Part shown: piece after piece, positions 44,385-54,436 of the stretch
How the letters are laid out: every line of letters starts with the position of its first letter
How positions within the stretch are numbered: position 1 is the stretch's first letter
Source: Bacteroidales bacterium
GTDB taxonomy: Bacteria > Bacteroidota > Bacteroidia > Bacteroidales > VadinHA17
NCBI GenBank assembly: GCA_963668715.1
Contig: OY764960.1
Coordinates: 2,959,602 to 3,023,601 of the forward strand
Direction of reading: 5' to 3'
Length of the DNA: 64,000 nucleotides
The notes under the pieces: generated by a model
What the model was told of the DNA's origin: nothing
Database searches by the model: none
The model's input: only the letters and a program-made list of their open reading frames with translations
Position numbers and translations under genes: made by a program

Positions 44385-45494
44385 ATGAAATTAGCCGGGT
44401 TGACAGGATATCTTGAATCCGTAGTACCTCTTTCCTTCCAGGAGTCATATGATAATACGGGAATACAGGTTGGTGATTTTGAAAAAGATGTGGAATCGGT
44501 ACTTCTTTCACTTGATATAACCGAAGAAGTAGTGGATGAAGCTGCTGAAAACAGGTGTGATTTAATAATCTCACATCATCCTCTTATTTTCAAGCCTTTG
44601 AGGAGTGTCAGTGATAATACGGTGACAGGCAGAATTATCAGGAAGCTGATAGAAAAGGATATATGTGTTTACAGCATGCATACCAACCTTGATATTATTA
44701 AGGGGGGAGTCAGCTACCGCATGGCAGAGAAAGCAGGCCTTTCCGGGGTATACCCTATGGTGCCGCTGACAGGTAAACTGCTTAAGCTTGTTGTGTTCGT
44801 ACCCGGGGATCATGCACCGAAGCTCAGGGATGCTGTCTTTAATGCCGGAGCAGGATATATCGGTAATTATGACAGGTGCAGTTATAACGTATCAGGCGAG
44901 GGAACATTCAGGGCGGGGCCGGGAACCCATCCGTATAAAGGAAAACAGGGCGTTGAACATACAGAGGCAGAAATAAGAATTGAGACTGTATTCCCTGAAT
45001 ATTTAAAGAATAATGTAGTCAGGGCCATGATTGATGCTCATCCCTACGAGGAGGTTGCATATGATCTGTACAGCCTGGAAAATGAAATTCCGGGAGCCGG
45101 CCTCGGATGCGTAGGCGAACTGGATGAGCCTGTAAGGGATTCGGAATTTATCGAATATATAAGCGGTATATTTGAGGCAAAAGGAATAAGACATTCCGGC
45201 TTAACAGGTAATATGATCAAAAAAATAGCCATGATGGGAGGGTCGGGGGGAGCTTATGTTGACAGGGCAAGGCTGGCAGGTGCCGATGCTTATATTACTG
45301 CCGACATAAAGTACCATTCATTCTTTGATGCAGGTAAGAGCCTGCTGCTGGCTGATATAGGACATTATGAGAGCGAAAAACCGGCTCTTGAGGTTATACA
45401 TGAATTAATTATAAAAAAATTCCCTAAATTTGCAATCCGGTTTTCGGAAATAAGTACAAATCCAGTTAACTATTTACAGGCATGGAAAAAGTGA
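44385..45494 (+). CDS. Nif3-like dinuclear metal-centre protein (GTP cyclohydrolase I type 2 homolog)
   Basis: DNTGIQVG, ISHHPLIF, MHTNLD, with an inserted PII-like domain, 369 aa. Confidence 0.85.
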   Translation: MKLAGLTGYLESVVPLSFQESYDNTGIQVGDFEKDVESVLLSLDITEEVVDEAAENRCDLIISHHPLIFKPLRSVSDNTVTGRIIRKLIEKDICVYSMHTNLDIIKGGVSYRMAEKAGLSGVYPMVPLTGKLLKLVVFVPGDHAPKLRDAVFNAGAGYIGNYDRCSYNVSGEGTFRAGPGTHPYKGKQGVEHTEAEIRIETVFPEYLKNNVVRAMIDAHPYEEVAYDLYSLENEIPGAGLGCVGELDEPVRDSEFIEYISGIFEAKGIRHSGLTGNMIKKIAMMGGSGGAYVDRARLAGADAYITADIKYHSFFDAGKSLLLADIGHYESEKPALEVIHELIIKKFPKFAIRFSEISTNPVNYLQAWKK

Positions 45495-46249
45495 AAGCAG
45501 GCGGGAAAGAAATGACCGTTGAGGAAAAACTAAAAGCCTTGTACAGGCTGCAGGTTGTAGATTCAGAAATAGATAAAATAAAGACACTCAGGGGTGAACT
45601 TCCGCTTGAGGTACAGGACCTTGAGGATGATGTTGAAGGTCTCGAGACCAGAATAACCAAACTTAAGGAAGAATTGGCTGATCTCGAAAATGCTGCCAGG
45701 GGCAAGCAAAACGAAATAGTGGATGCTGAGAACCTTATTAAAAAATATGAGGAACAGCAAAACAATGTGCGTAACAACAGGGAATATGATTCCCTTTCAA
45801 AGGAAATAGAATACCAGACCCTCGAGATAGAGTTGTGCAATAAAAAAATAAAGGAATATACGGGTCTGAAGGAAGAAAAGACAGTCGTCATTGAAGACTC
45901 GAAGAAGAATCTGGAAGAGTTGAAAGGTGATCTGGAGAATAAGAAATCGGAGCTTGACTCAATAATTGCCGACACAAGGAAAGAAGAAGAAGCTCTTGTG
46001 AAAGATTCTGATAATATTGGCAAGGTCATAGAAGACAGACTGTTAACAGCATATAAACGTATACGGCAGAACGCAAGGAACGGACTGGCAGTAGTTCCTG
46101 TCCAAAGAGATGCCTGTGGGGGCTGTTTTAACCAGATACCGCCGCAACGACAGCTTGATATTAAATCAAGAAAAAAAATAATAGTGTGTGAGTACTGCGG
46201 ACGTATACTGGTTGACGATGAAATACTTGGTGAAGAAAAAGCTGTTTAG
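45482..46249 (+). CDS. Coiled-coil protein with a C-terminal C4 zinc ribbon (DUF164-like Nif3 partner)
   Basis: E/K-rich coiled coil, then CGGCFNQIPPQ...CEYCGRIL. This pairing with nif3 is conserved. An alternative start is the ATG at 45512. Confidence 0.75.
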   Translation: MEKVKAGGKEMTVEEKLKALYRLQVVDSEIDKIKTLRGELPLEVQDLEDDVEGLETRITKLKEELADLENAARGKQNEIVDAENLIKKYEEQQNNVRNNREYDSLSKEIEYQTLEIELCNKKIKEYTGLKEEKTVVIEDSKKNLEELKGDLENKKSELDSIIADTRKEEEALVKDSDNIGKVIEDRLLTAYKRIRQNARNGLAVVPVQRDACGGCFNQIPPQRQLDIKSRKKIIVCEYCGRILVDDEILGEEKAV

Positions 46250-46337
46250 TTGTTAAGCTGTTTAGTTGTTAAGCTGTTAAGGCTGTTAAGCTGTTGATGG
46301 CCTTTAGCCTTTTGTCTTTAGCCTTTTGTCGTTTGCC
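46242..46337. repeat. Word-repeat locus: D-type 8-mers (CTGTTTAG/TTGTTAAG) followed by A-type 7-mers (CCTTTAG/CCTTTTG)
   Basis: ctgtttag ttgttaag ctgtttag ttgttaag ctgttaag gctgttaag ctgttgat, then cctttag ccttttg tctttag ccttttg tcgtttg. The TAG stop of the upstream gene (46247-46249) lies inside the first unit. Confidence 0.9.
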
Positions 46338-46442
46338 GTATCGTGAATTCCCTTCGTAACATTCGGTGTTATTTTAGCTGCCGGCCTTGTACTTTTTTTG
46401 TAACTTAGTCGGAACATCACAGCAATAAAATTAGCAGATACT

Positions 46443-48458
46443 ATGAATGAGTTCCATAAACAAATTCTGGAGGGTATTCCTGATGTGCTTCCGGCAGTTA
46501 AGCCATATGACAGCAATGTCAATCATGCACCGAAACGTAAAGATATACTTACAGCAAAAGAAAAACGTCTTGCAGTAAGAAATGCCCTGAGGTATTTTCC
46601 TGAAAATATGCATGAGCAACTGGCTGGTGAGTTTGCCGGTGAACTGAAAAAGTACGGCAGGATATATATGTACAGGTTCAGGCCTGATTATGTGATCAAG
46701 GCAAGGCATATCGATGATTTTCCACACAGATCAAGGCAGGCAGCTGCCATCATGTTAATGATAAGTAACAACCTGGATGATGCGGTGGCCCAGCACCCCC
46801 ATGAACTGATTACTTATGGCGGTAACGGGGCTGTATTCCAGAACTGGGCGCAATACAGGCTTGTTATGAAGTACCTGGCTACAATGACAGACCGTCAGAC
46901 CCTGGTTATGTATTCGGGTCATCCGCTAGGGCTTTTCCCTTCACATACAGAAGCTCCGCGTGTTGTTGTAACAAACGGAATGGTCATTCCTAATTATTCC
47001 AGCAGTGATCACTGGGAGAAGTTCAATGCGCTGGGAGTGAGTCAGTACGGACAGATGACGGCAGGTTCATATATGTATATCGGACCTCAGGGTATAGTGC
47101 ACGGTACAACAATAACGATCCTGAATGCTGCCAGGAGTATATCAGTCTCTGATACTGATAAAAGGTTAAAGCTGTTTGTTTCTTCCGGATTAGGGGGAAT
47201 GTCGGGGGCGCAGCCCAAAGCAGCAAGTATAGCAGGCGTAATATCCGTGATAGCAGAGGTTAATCCGAAAGCTATTGAAAAAAGGTATTCGCAGGGCTGG
47301 GTTGATGAGGTTATTGAAGATACCGCCGGCCTGGTTAAAAGAGTGAAGGAACTCAGAGAAGGAGATGAACCTGTTTCACTTGCATATCACGGAAATATAG
47401 TGGATGTATGGGAAGCTTTTGCTGAAGAAAGTATCATGGTCGATATAGGTTCAGATCAGACATCCCTTCATAATCCATGGTCAGGAGGATATTATCCGGC
47501 AGGCATAAGTTTTGAAAAAGCCAACAGCATGATGTCGGAGGATCCCGGTCAATTCAGGAAACTGGTACAGCAGTCATTGAAGAGACAGGTAAAGGCTATT
47601 AACAGACATACTGCCGCCGGAACATATTTTTTTGATTATGGTAATGCATTTTTACTTGAAGCATCCAGGGCAGGGGCAGATATTCTTAATTCTGATGGTA
47701 GCTTCAGGTATCCAAGTTATGTTCAGGACATTATGGGACCTGTTTGCTTTGACTATGGCTTCGGTCCTTTCAGGTGGGTATGTTGTTCAAACAGAAATGA
47801 AGATCTTGTTGTCACAGATGATATTGCCTGCGGTGTGCTTGAAGAAATATCGGCACACTCGCCGGAACGGATAAAGCAACAGATGCTTGACAATATTAAA
47901 TGGATCCGTGAGGCAGGTAAGAATAATCTGGTAGTAGGATCACAGGCAAGAATACTTTATGCTGATGCAGAGGGCAGGATAGAGATAGCTTCAGCCTTCA
48001 ACAGGGCTATAAGGGACGGAAGGATAAGTGCTCCTGTAGTGCTGGGCAGAGATCACCATGACGTGTCGGGCACGGACTCACCATTCAGGGAGACATCAAA
48101 TATTTATGACGGGTCGTGTTTTACAGCCGACATGGCAATACAGAATGTTATAGGTGATTCTTTCAGAGGCGCTACCTGGGTAAGTATTCATAATGGCGGC
48201 GGAGTAGGATGGGGTGAGGTCATAAACGGAGGGTTCGGACTTCTGCTTGATGGCTCGGATGATGTTGACAGACGATTGAAAACAATGCTCCACTGGGATG
48301 TTAATAATGGAATTGCGAGGAGAAGCTGGGCAAGAAATGATGAAGCTATGTTTACTGCAATCAGGGAGATGGAAAGAACGCCTGAACTGAAAGTGACAAT
48401 GCCTTATATAGCGGATGATAAGCTGATCGAAAATTTGTTCAGGGAAAAGGACGACTAA
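46443..48458 (+). CDS. hutU: Urocanate hydratase
   Basis: 671 aa, GLGGMSGAQPKA NAD-binding segment, YGGNGAVFQNW, GRDHHD; overall urocanase-like. Confidence 0.85.
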   Translation: MNEFHKQILEGIPDVLPAVKPYDSNVNHAPKRKDILTAKEKRLAVRNALRYFPENMHEQLAGEFAGELKKYGRIYMYRFRPDYVIKARHIDDFPHRSRQAAAIMLMISNNLDDAVAQHPHELITYGGNGAVFQNWAQYRLVMKYLATMTDRQTLVMYSGHPLGLFPSHTEAPRVVVTNGMVIPNYSSSDHWEKFNALGVSQYGQMTAGSYMYIGPQGIVHGTTITILNAARSISVSDTDKRLKLFVSSGLGGMSGAQPKAASIAGVISVIAEVNPKAIEKRYSQGWVDEVIEDTAGLVKRVKELREGDEPVSLAYHGNIVDVWEAFAEESIMVDIGSDQTSLHNPWSGGYYPAGISFEKANSMMSEDPGQFRKLVQQSLKRQVKAINRHTAAGTYFFDYGNAFLLEASRAGADILNSDGSFRYPSYVQDIMGPVCFDYGFGPFRWVCCSNRNEDLVVTDDIACGVLEEISAHSPERIKQQMLDNIKWIREAGKNNLVVGSQARILYADAEGRIEIASAFNRAIRDGRISAPVVLGRDHHDVSGTDSPFRETSNIYDGSCFTADMAIQNVIGDSFRGATWVSIHNGGGVGWGEVINGGFGLLLDGSDDVDRRLKTMLHWDVNNGIARRSWARNDEAMFTAIREMERTPELKVTMPYIADDKLIENLFREKDD

Positions 48459-48795
48459 AGACCAAAGGCTAACGACGAAAGGCAAAAGGATTTAAAAGGT
48501 TGAGAATGAGTTGAGAATGAGTTTAAATGGATTGTTCGGACTAAAGGCTAACGACGAACGACTAAAGGGTTGAGAAAAGTTTATAAAAGTTGAATGAGTT
48601 TAGATGACTCCTAATTAACTAATCACCCAATATACAAATTAACATTGTGGATTGTGGACTGCGGATTGAGGACGAAAGGCAGAAGGGTTTAATAGGTTGA
48701 GAATGAGTTGAGAATGAGTTTAAAATGTCATCATTCCAGTACTCCAGTATTCCAGCATTCCACTCCTTTAGTCTTTTGTCTTTCGTCGTCAGTCC
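48445..48795. repeat. Composite intergenic word-repeat element (A', C, A', C-like, unique, E words, A', C, B', A)
   Basis: It is colinear with the reverse complement of 37797-38131. For example, caaaaggatttaaaaggttgagaatgagttgagaatgagtttaaatggattgttcggactaaaggctaacgac matches caaaagggtttaaaagattgagaatgagtttaaatgggttgttcagactaagggcaaacgac. The right end is tcatcattccagtactccagtattccagcattccactcctttagtcttttgtctttcg. Confidence 0.9.
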
Positions 48796-48804
48796 TGTAT
48801 GTAA

Positions 48805-49170
48805 TCAAAAATTGCTGTTGTTCAGCATTATAAGCATACAATCCTCAATTACCTCAATACCCTGTGAACGAGCCATGTCGGCAAAGACCGGATTGCGTGT
48901 GCCGGGATTAAATATAATACGTCTGGGCTCAAGCGACAGGATATAATCGTAATATTCCTCCTGGTTCTTAGGGTTAAGATAAAGGCTTACCGTATGTACC
49001 GGACCTATATTATCAGGCTTGCCCTGCCTTATTTTTATCCCGTCAAGGTCAGCATCTTTCCTTCCGATAGCTATTACAGGTATATTCCTTCTTTGAAGGC
49101 TTCTGACAGCCTTATAGGCGAACCTGTCGGGTTTGTGGCTTGCTCCCAGGACTAATGTGGTTTTTTCCAT
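48805..49170 (-). CDS. CoA-binding domain protein
   Basis: 121 aa, TTLVLGASHKPDRFAYKAVRSLQRRNIPVIAIG Rossmann-like CoA-binding motif. Confidence 0.75.
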   Translation of the reverse strand: MEKTTLVLGASHKPDRFAYKAVRSLQRRNIPVIAIGRKDADLDGIKIRQGKPDNIGPVHTVSLYLNPKNQEEYYDYILSLEPRRIIFNPGTRNPVFADMARSQGIEVIEDCMLIMLNNSNF

Positions 49171-49220
49171 TTGGCTTTTCTTACAAATTTAAAAAAAAAG
49201 ACCACAAAAAGAATTATCAG

Positions 49221-49700
49221 CTATTTTTTTTGGAGAAGCACTGACGATACAGCCATAACACCTTCCCCGCGCCCTGTAAAGCCCATCTTCTCCGTGGTTG
49301 TGGCTTTGACAGATATTCTTTCTGTTTCAATACGGCATATGCCGGCCAGACACTTACGTATTTCTTCTATATACGGTGATATTTTTGGTTCTTCAAGGCA
49401 AACGGTACTGTCGATATTAATGATTTCATATCCTGCGGAGTTTATCATATCTATGCTTTCCTTCAGAAGTATCTTACTGTCTATTTGCAGGTATTTATCA
49501 TCATTATCCGGGAAATGGAATCCGATGTCCCTTAATCCTGCAGCGCCTAAGATGGCATCACAGATAGCATGAATAAGCACATCGCCGTCGGAATGAGCCA
49601 GACATCCCTTTTCTGACGGAATTTGTATTCCCCCAAGCCAGAAAGGCTTTCCTTTGACCAGTTGATGAAAGTCAATACCCTGACCTATCCGTATGTTCAT
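49221..49700 (-). CDS. ispF: 2-C-methyl-D-erythritol 2,4-cyclodiphosphate synthase
   Basis: MNIRIGQGIDFHQL and HSDGDVLIHAICDAILGA. The ATG at 49700 directly abuts the porV stop at 49702. Confidence 0.9.
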   Translation of the reverse strand: MNIRIGQGIDFHQLVKGKPFWLGGIQIPSEKGCLAHSDGDVLIHAICDAILGAAGLRDIGFHFPDNDDKYLQIDSKILLKESIDMINSAGYEIINIDSTVCLEEPKISPYIEEIRKCLAGICRIETERISVKATTTEKMGFTGRGEGVMAVSSVLLQKK

Positions 49701-49701
49701 A

Positions 49702-50859
49702 TTATGATGATCTGACATTCCTGAAAGCATCAAAATCGAATGACAAAGAAAACCTGAGGGTACGTGCCATAGGATGGTTATTGACCAGAGGCATCAGGTA
49801 TGAAAAATCAAGCGAAAAAACATTCATCCTGAACCCTGCTCCGGCAGTGAAATATTTTCTGTTACCCTTGCTTGCATGTTCATGGAAATACCCCCCCCTG
49901 ATTGCAAATTGTTTGTTATACCAGTATTCAAGCCCGAACGAATAGCTGATCTCGTTAAGTTCTTCCTTCAGTCCTCCCGGTGCATCAGCGAATGACTGGA
50001 ATATTGCAACAGGCATTGAAACATCAGGATTTTTTCCGGCTATAATGGAATCGCCATCCATTAGAGGCGGGGTGGGAACAAGAAGTTTGTTAAGGTCTAA
50101 TGATACATTTATTTTATTGTAATTATCAAGGAAAACGGATGCTGAACCTCCAAGCCTCATATTCATTGGAATGAAATCTCTGGTGTCATCATCAGTATAT
50201 TCCATCTTTGATCCCAGGTTGGACAGATTAGTTCCGAAGGCTATATCACCGTCTTTACTGCCAAAAGAAATTTGTTTGTAATAATAAAAGGAGATATCTG
50301 CCGCTAATGACAGTCCGGGTTTGGTTTCCGTAGCTCCATCATAATAACCGCCGGTCAGATTTGAATAGATAAACCGGAAAGCAATACCCCCGGAAATATT
50401 TTCAGATAATTTCCTGGAGTAGGCAGCATCAAGACTGAATTCATTTGCCCTGAAGATTAACATTTCATTTCCAAAGTTATCGGTGAACTGAATATCTCCC
50501 AGGCTGGAATAAAGAAGGCTGGTGCTGAACACCTGTTTGTCGTCAATTCTGAAGTAACTGGTTAAGTAGGCAATATTAATATCGGGAACAAGAGCTCTCA
50601 GCCAGGGTGAGTATGAAATACCAAGTCCTCCCTCCCCGTCAATAAAAGCATATTTTGCAGGGTTCCAGTGCATGCTGTACAGGTCGGGTGTTGTTGCCAC
50701 CCCCACGTCTCCCATTGCACCTGCCCTCGAGTCAGGTGCTATAAGAAGAAACGGGACCACGTAATGTATGGCGTTCAACTCATCCGTATCCTGTGCCTTT
50801 ATTAGCTGTGGCAGGATCATACATATAATTACAAAGGCAGTTGTTAATCTTATTTTCAT
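49702..50859 (-). CDS. porV: Type IX secretion outer-membrane shuttle/channel protein PorV (FadL-like barrel)
   Basis: Signal peptide (QLIKAQD), APDSRAGAMGDVGVATTPD motif and ~385 aa beta-barrel pattern. It is immediately downstream of porU, the conserved arrangement in Bacteroidota. Confidence 0.8.
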   Translation of the reverse strand: MKIRLTTAFVIICMILPQLIKAQDTDELNAIHYVVPFLLIAPDSRAGAMGDVGVATTPDLYSMHWNPAKYAFIDGEGGLGISYSPWLRALVPDINIAYLTSYFRIDDKQVFSTSLLYSSLGDIQFTDNFGNEMLIFRANEFSLDAAYSRKLSENISGGIAFRFIYSNLTGGYYDGATETKPGLSLAADISFYYYKQISFGSKDGDIAFGTNLSNLGSKMEYTDDDTRDFIPMNMRLGGSASVFLDNYNKINVSLDLNKLLVPTPPLMDGDSIIAGKNPDVSMPVAIFQSFADAPGGLKEELNEISYSFGLEYWYNKQFAIRGGYFHEHASKGNRKYFTAGAGFRMNVFSLDFSYLMPLVNNHPMARTLRFSLSFDFDAFRNVRSS

Positions 50860-50920
50860 TAAAATTTTTTTAGCAAACAAATATATAAACAATTTATACT
50901 ACTCTTTATTGTGCCCCGGG

Positions 50921-53900
50921 CTATAAAATGACCATGCGCCCGGTTATGCGTGCTGTTTCTTCACCCGATTTGAATAATACCGTATACAGATAAACACCGG
51001 CTGCAACCCTGTTACCGTAATTATCTCTTGCATCCCATACTACAGGACTTAATCTGTAACCGTCTGATATTTCCGTTGTCATAATGGTTTTTACCAGTTG
51101 GCCATTCCTTCCGTATATATTGATTATTATCTCGATAGAGGAACCCGGCCTGTTATGTTCAAGGCAGATATTTGTATGGCTGCTGAACGGATTAGGATAG
51201 TTAAACAGCCTGTTAAGGACAAGACCTTCTTCATCCCTGACGAAGAAGACCAGGGAAGCAACAGATGAATTATTATAGCTATCCCATGCTTTCAGGAATA
51301 ATTTGTGTTCCCCCTTGTCAAGGTTATAGAAGGGATAAGTAATGTTTCCCGATTTGTAAGTGCCGAGATCATTTTCATAATAGTTATTCAGGATAATTGA
51401 ATTTCCGATATCCCCGTCCATGAAGGCTACAATGTCATGTCCTATCCCGGTACCTGTTGTGTTGATACTGCCAGGATCACTAAGGCGTGCGAGCAATACA
51501 GGGTCGGTATCTGTAATCCCTCCGTCTTTGAACAGGGTATCGTTCATATAAAGATCTATAACCGGACCTGTTGTGTCGGTAATAATTGTATTACTGAAAC
51601 CTCCTATCGTCAGGGTATCGAAATATCCCTTATAATCGATATTCCCGTCATCGGCGTAATAGCTTATTTTGCCGTTTCCGTATGTATAATCGATATCACG
51701 CGGGATTAGTAATGATATCCTGAACCTGCCGCCGGTAACCTCGGCTTTCCCCCTGAATAAAACCCGTTCGCGTGTATTGTAGCTGAAAGGTAATCCGCCG
51801 TCATTTGCCATTGTTGTAAGTTCGTACTCCTTATCATAAATCTTCGGGTAAATAAATCCGTTGAAAGACTCTGCCAGGTTGCCGTTTACATCACTTATAT
51901 GGCCTGCTATTGTCAGTTCTGAGAGAGCTCTGACGGTATCATTAAAAGAGTAAACATCCGTACCGTTCAAAGAGTCTGTTATTATATTTCCATGCCAGGG
52001 ATAAGCCAGCCTCAGGGCAGGGTCGCCCAGAAGTGTGAAATTTCTTTTGTTCTCTCCTCCGGTATTTACCTTTGCAAACCTTATTATTTCACCCAGTGTA
52101 AGCCCCTTGCCGTCAGGAGTAAGAGAAAATGCATTTTCATATAATTTTGATGCGAGATTATAATTATGCGAGGCAAACACTATTCTTGTGGTTGTCATTA
52201 ATGCAATAGCTCCCCCTTCCGGATTCAATAATACAAGCTCCCCGGCTGATGATTTTTGCGTGATCTCACCTGTTCCTGCTTCAATATCGATATCTTCAAA
52301 ACGTGAAAATTCACATGTAGCAGTAATAAATAAAGGATATTTCCCTTTGTTAGACCATGAATTTATATTTTCAACAGACAGTACCCTTTCATGAGCAAGC
52401 CCCAGTTCATTGCCATGGCCGGCATAATTAAGGATGAGGCATCCGTCATTTATCCTGTCATTAATTGCCCTTGTTGCGTCGGGGTATGAGTCGCCGTTAA
52501 CCGAAGTGACCTGTTTGTAAAGGTCAAGGTATATTTTTTCAATATTAAATGACGGTTCTGCCTCGCTTATTATCTTTGCCAGGTTGTCGGAGTCATTCAT
52601 ATGGATATTACTGTCTTCGTCATCTGCAACCATTGCAATGATATTTCTCCATGGCCCGTTATATTCAGGGCTGATATAATCTTTTATCTTGGTCAGAATT
52701 GCAGCAGCCTGTACTGTATCCGAAACAGGGATCCTTCCTATTCCTATATCCAGTAATCCTTCGTATTCACCTTCGCCTTCGTCCAGCAGCCCGAAAAAAT
52801 CGTCAGATGTGAATGATGAAATACTGATATTGGAGTTCTGTGTCTGGTATGTAGGTATGAAATTCGGATTTTCAGGCGGGAGTTTTTTGTTATCAAACGA
52901 GCCGTCTCCAAAGAGGATCAGGTAACTGAGGGGTTTGTTGCTTCCTTTGTTCCTGTTATAAACCATGCGGATATAGTTTCTTATGGCGCTGATATCAGGT
53001 ATTCCACCTGAAAATTCGTTATAGATCTCTTCCGGGCTTACGATCTTGCTGATATATGAATCATTGGTATAGTGTATTTCTGCAAGCTGGCCGGCATAAT
53101 TACTGAATAACGGATGACTGAGTATTATCATATCGTATTGTTCATCCTGATGCAGGTTCTGGTTTGGCACCGGTTTGTTTTCCAAAACCGGTTTATGTGC
53201 ATCCTGTAGCCTGAATGCAATAAAAGTTCTCAGGCTGTCTGTTTTTGCAATAAACCTGTACTCACCCCGGGAGTATACTTTCTGAATTTCCCTGATCACA
53301 TTATCACCGGTAATATCCCAGATAAACAGGTCGTCATAGCCTGACTGAATACTGAACTCAGTTATATATCCTTCATGTACGGTATTTTTATCCCTGATCA
53401 AAAAGAATCCATCATCAGGGCTCAGGTAGGTATTTTTTATTTTTGTTTTCAATATCAGGTAATCGAGCCATGCCTTTGCATTTGCATCCCCGTTATTATA
53501 AAACGTAACTGATATATCCTGATCCTGTGAGGTCATATTCATTATACCATGTTCCTCTACGATCCTGGCATAGGTGCCTGAAGTATTATAGATATTTACC
53601 TCCGGTATCATTAGCGAACTTATAAGTTCATCATTGTTATAAAGCCTCATTACCGTCTGGTTCTCCGATCTGCCCAGAACTCTGATGTCATACTCCGTAT
53701 CTGCTCCTTCATCTCTTATATAGGAGCCGGCAGATAAATCAATGCTGAATACGGTTCCCGGAGGCACAGGCTGATACCATTCGCGTCCCGACCTTAATAT
53801 ATTATTTTCTTCTTCCTCGTGTATGTCCATGTAGTCGGAAACATCTGAGAAATAATCAGGGGACCCCTCATTATCCATGAGGCTTATCTCCAGGGGAGGT

Positions 53901-54331
53901 TCGTTCAGTTTGATAAAATATACTGCCGTATCAGAATAATAATGTCTTTTGAAATAGTAATCGTTTGCAGTCGGATCGTAAATCCATCTGTGAGTCGACC
54001 TGCCGTAGAACAGAATATAATCGCCATTATTGAATATCCCGTCCTGCCCTCTGTTGACATAGACAGTAGTTTTCAGCAGGTCGTCCGGAGCAGAATCGTC
54101 ATTATAGTATGACAGGAGGCCGAAGTTGTTACTGTAAACAGCTACCTCGTTCCCGGCATTGAGACCAATACCGGCGAGATCCTCAAAGTCGATCCTGTAA
54201 ATACCGTCTTTTGTTATTTTTGCTTTATACCACAACCCGGAAGAGAGAGCAGATGAGGATGTATAATCCTGAGCCTGTACCAAAAACGGTATAGTAACTA
54301 TTGCGGTCAGTATATAAAGCAGCTTCTTCAA
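50921..54331 (-). CDS. porU: Type IX secretion C-terminal signal peptidase PorU (C25 gingipain-like)
   Basis: 1136 aa, C25-like catalytic region (LNYAGHGNE..., FITATCEFSRF), C-terminal T9SS sorting-domain-like NYPNPFSSHT. It shows porU-porV-gldJ synteny. Confidence 0.85.
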   Translation of the reverse strand: MKKLLYILTAIVTIPFLVQAQDYTSSSALSSGLWYKAKITKDGIYRIDFEDLAGIGLNAGNEVAVYSNNFGLLSYYNDDSAPDDLLKTTVYVNRGQDGIFNNGDYILFYGRSTHRWIYDPTANDYYFKRHYYSDTAVYFIKLNEPPLEISLMDNEGSPDYFSDVSDYMDIHEEEENNILRSGREWYQPVPPGTVFSIDLSAGSYIRDEGADTEYDIRVLGRSENQTVMRLYNNDELISSLMIPEVNIYNTSGTYARIVEEHGIMNMTSQDQDISVTFYNNGDANAKAWLDYLILKTKIKNTYLSPDDGFFLIRDKNTVHEGYITEFSIQSGYDDLFIWDITGDNVIREIQKVYSRGEYRFIAKTDSLRTFIAFRLQDAHKPVLENKPVPNQNLHQDEQYDMIILSHPLFSNYAGQLAEIHYTNDSYISKIVSPEEIYNEFSGGIPDISAIRNYIRMVYNRNKGSNKPLSYLILFGDGSFDNKKLPPENPNFIPTYQTQNSNISISSFTSDDFFGLLDEGEGEYEGLLDIGIGRIPVSDTVQAAAILTKIKDYISPEYNGPWRNIIAMVADDEDSNIHMNDSDNLAKIISEAEPSFNIEKIYLDLYKQVTSVNGDSYPDATRAINDRINDGCLILNYAGHGNELGLAHERVLSVENINSWSNKGKYPLFITATCEFSRFEDIDIEAGTGEITQKSSAGELVLLNPEGGAIALMTTTRIVFASHNYNLASKLYENAFSLTPDGKGLTLGEIIRFAKVNTGGENKRNFTLLGDPALRLAYPWHGNIITDSLNGTDVYSFNDTVRALSELTIAGHISDVNGNLAESFNGFIYPKIYDKEYELTTMANDGGLPFSYNTRERVLFRGKAEVTGGRFRISLLIPRDIDYTYGNGKISYYADDGNIDYKGYFDTLTIGGFSNTIITDTTGPVIDLYMNDTLFKDGGITDTDPVLLARLSDPGSINTTGTGIGHDIVAFMDGDIGNSIILNNYYENDLGTYKSGNITYPFYNLDKGEHKLFLKAWDSYNNSSVASLVFFVRDEEGLVLNRLFNYPNPFSSHTNICLEHNRPGSSIEIIINIYGRNGQLVKTIMTTEISDGYRLSPVVWDARDNYGNRVAAGVYLYTVLFKSGEETARITGRMVIL

Positions 54332-54436
54332 TTTTCAGGCTTATTTATTAAGTTTGTCATATATGATCACAATAATAAACGTATCATAATTGTTCATATT
54401 GCGATAATAAAACATCAAATATCCGTTTATCTGTTA

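Noticed and set aside
45466-46029. 187-aa Ser-rich minus-strand ORF
   Set aside because: It is the antisense shadow of the E/K-rich coiled-coil gene 45482..46249. GAA/AAG-rich coding gives TTC/CTT Ser/Phe/Leu-rich antisense frames.
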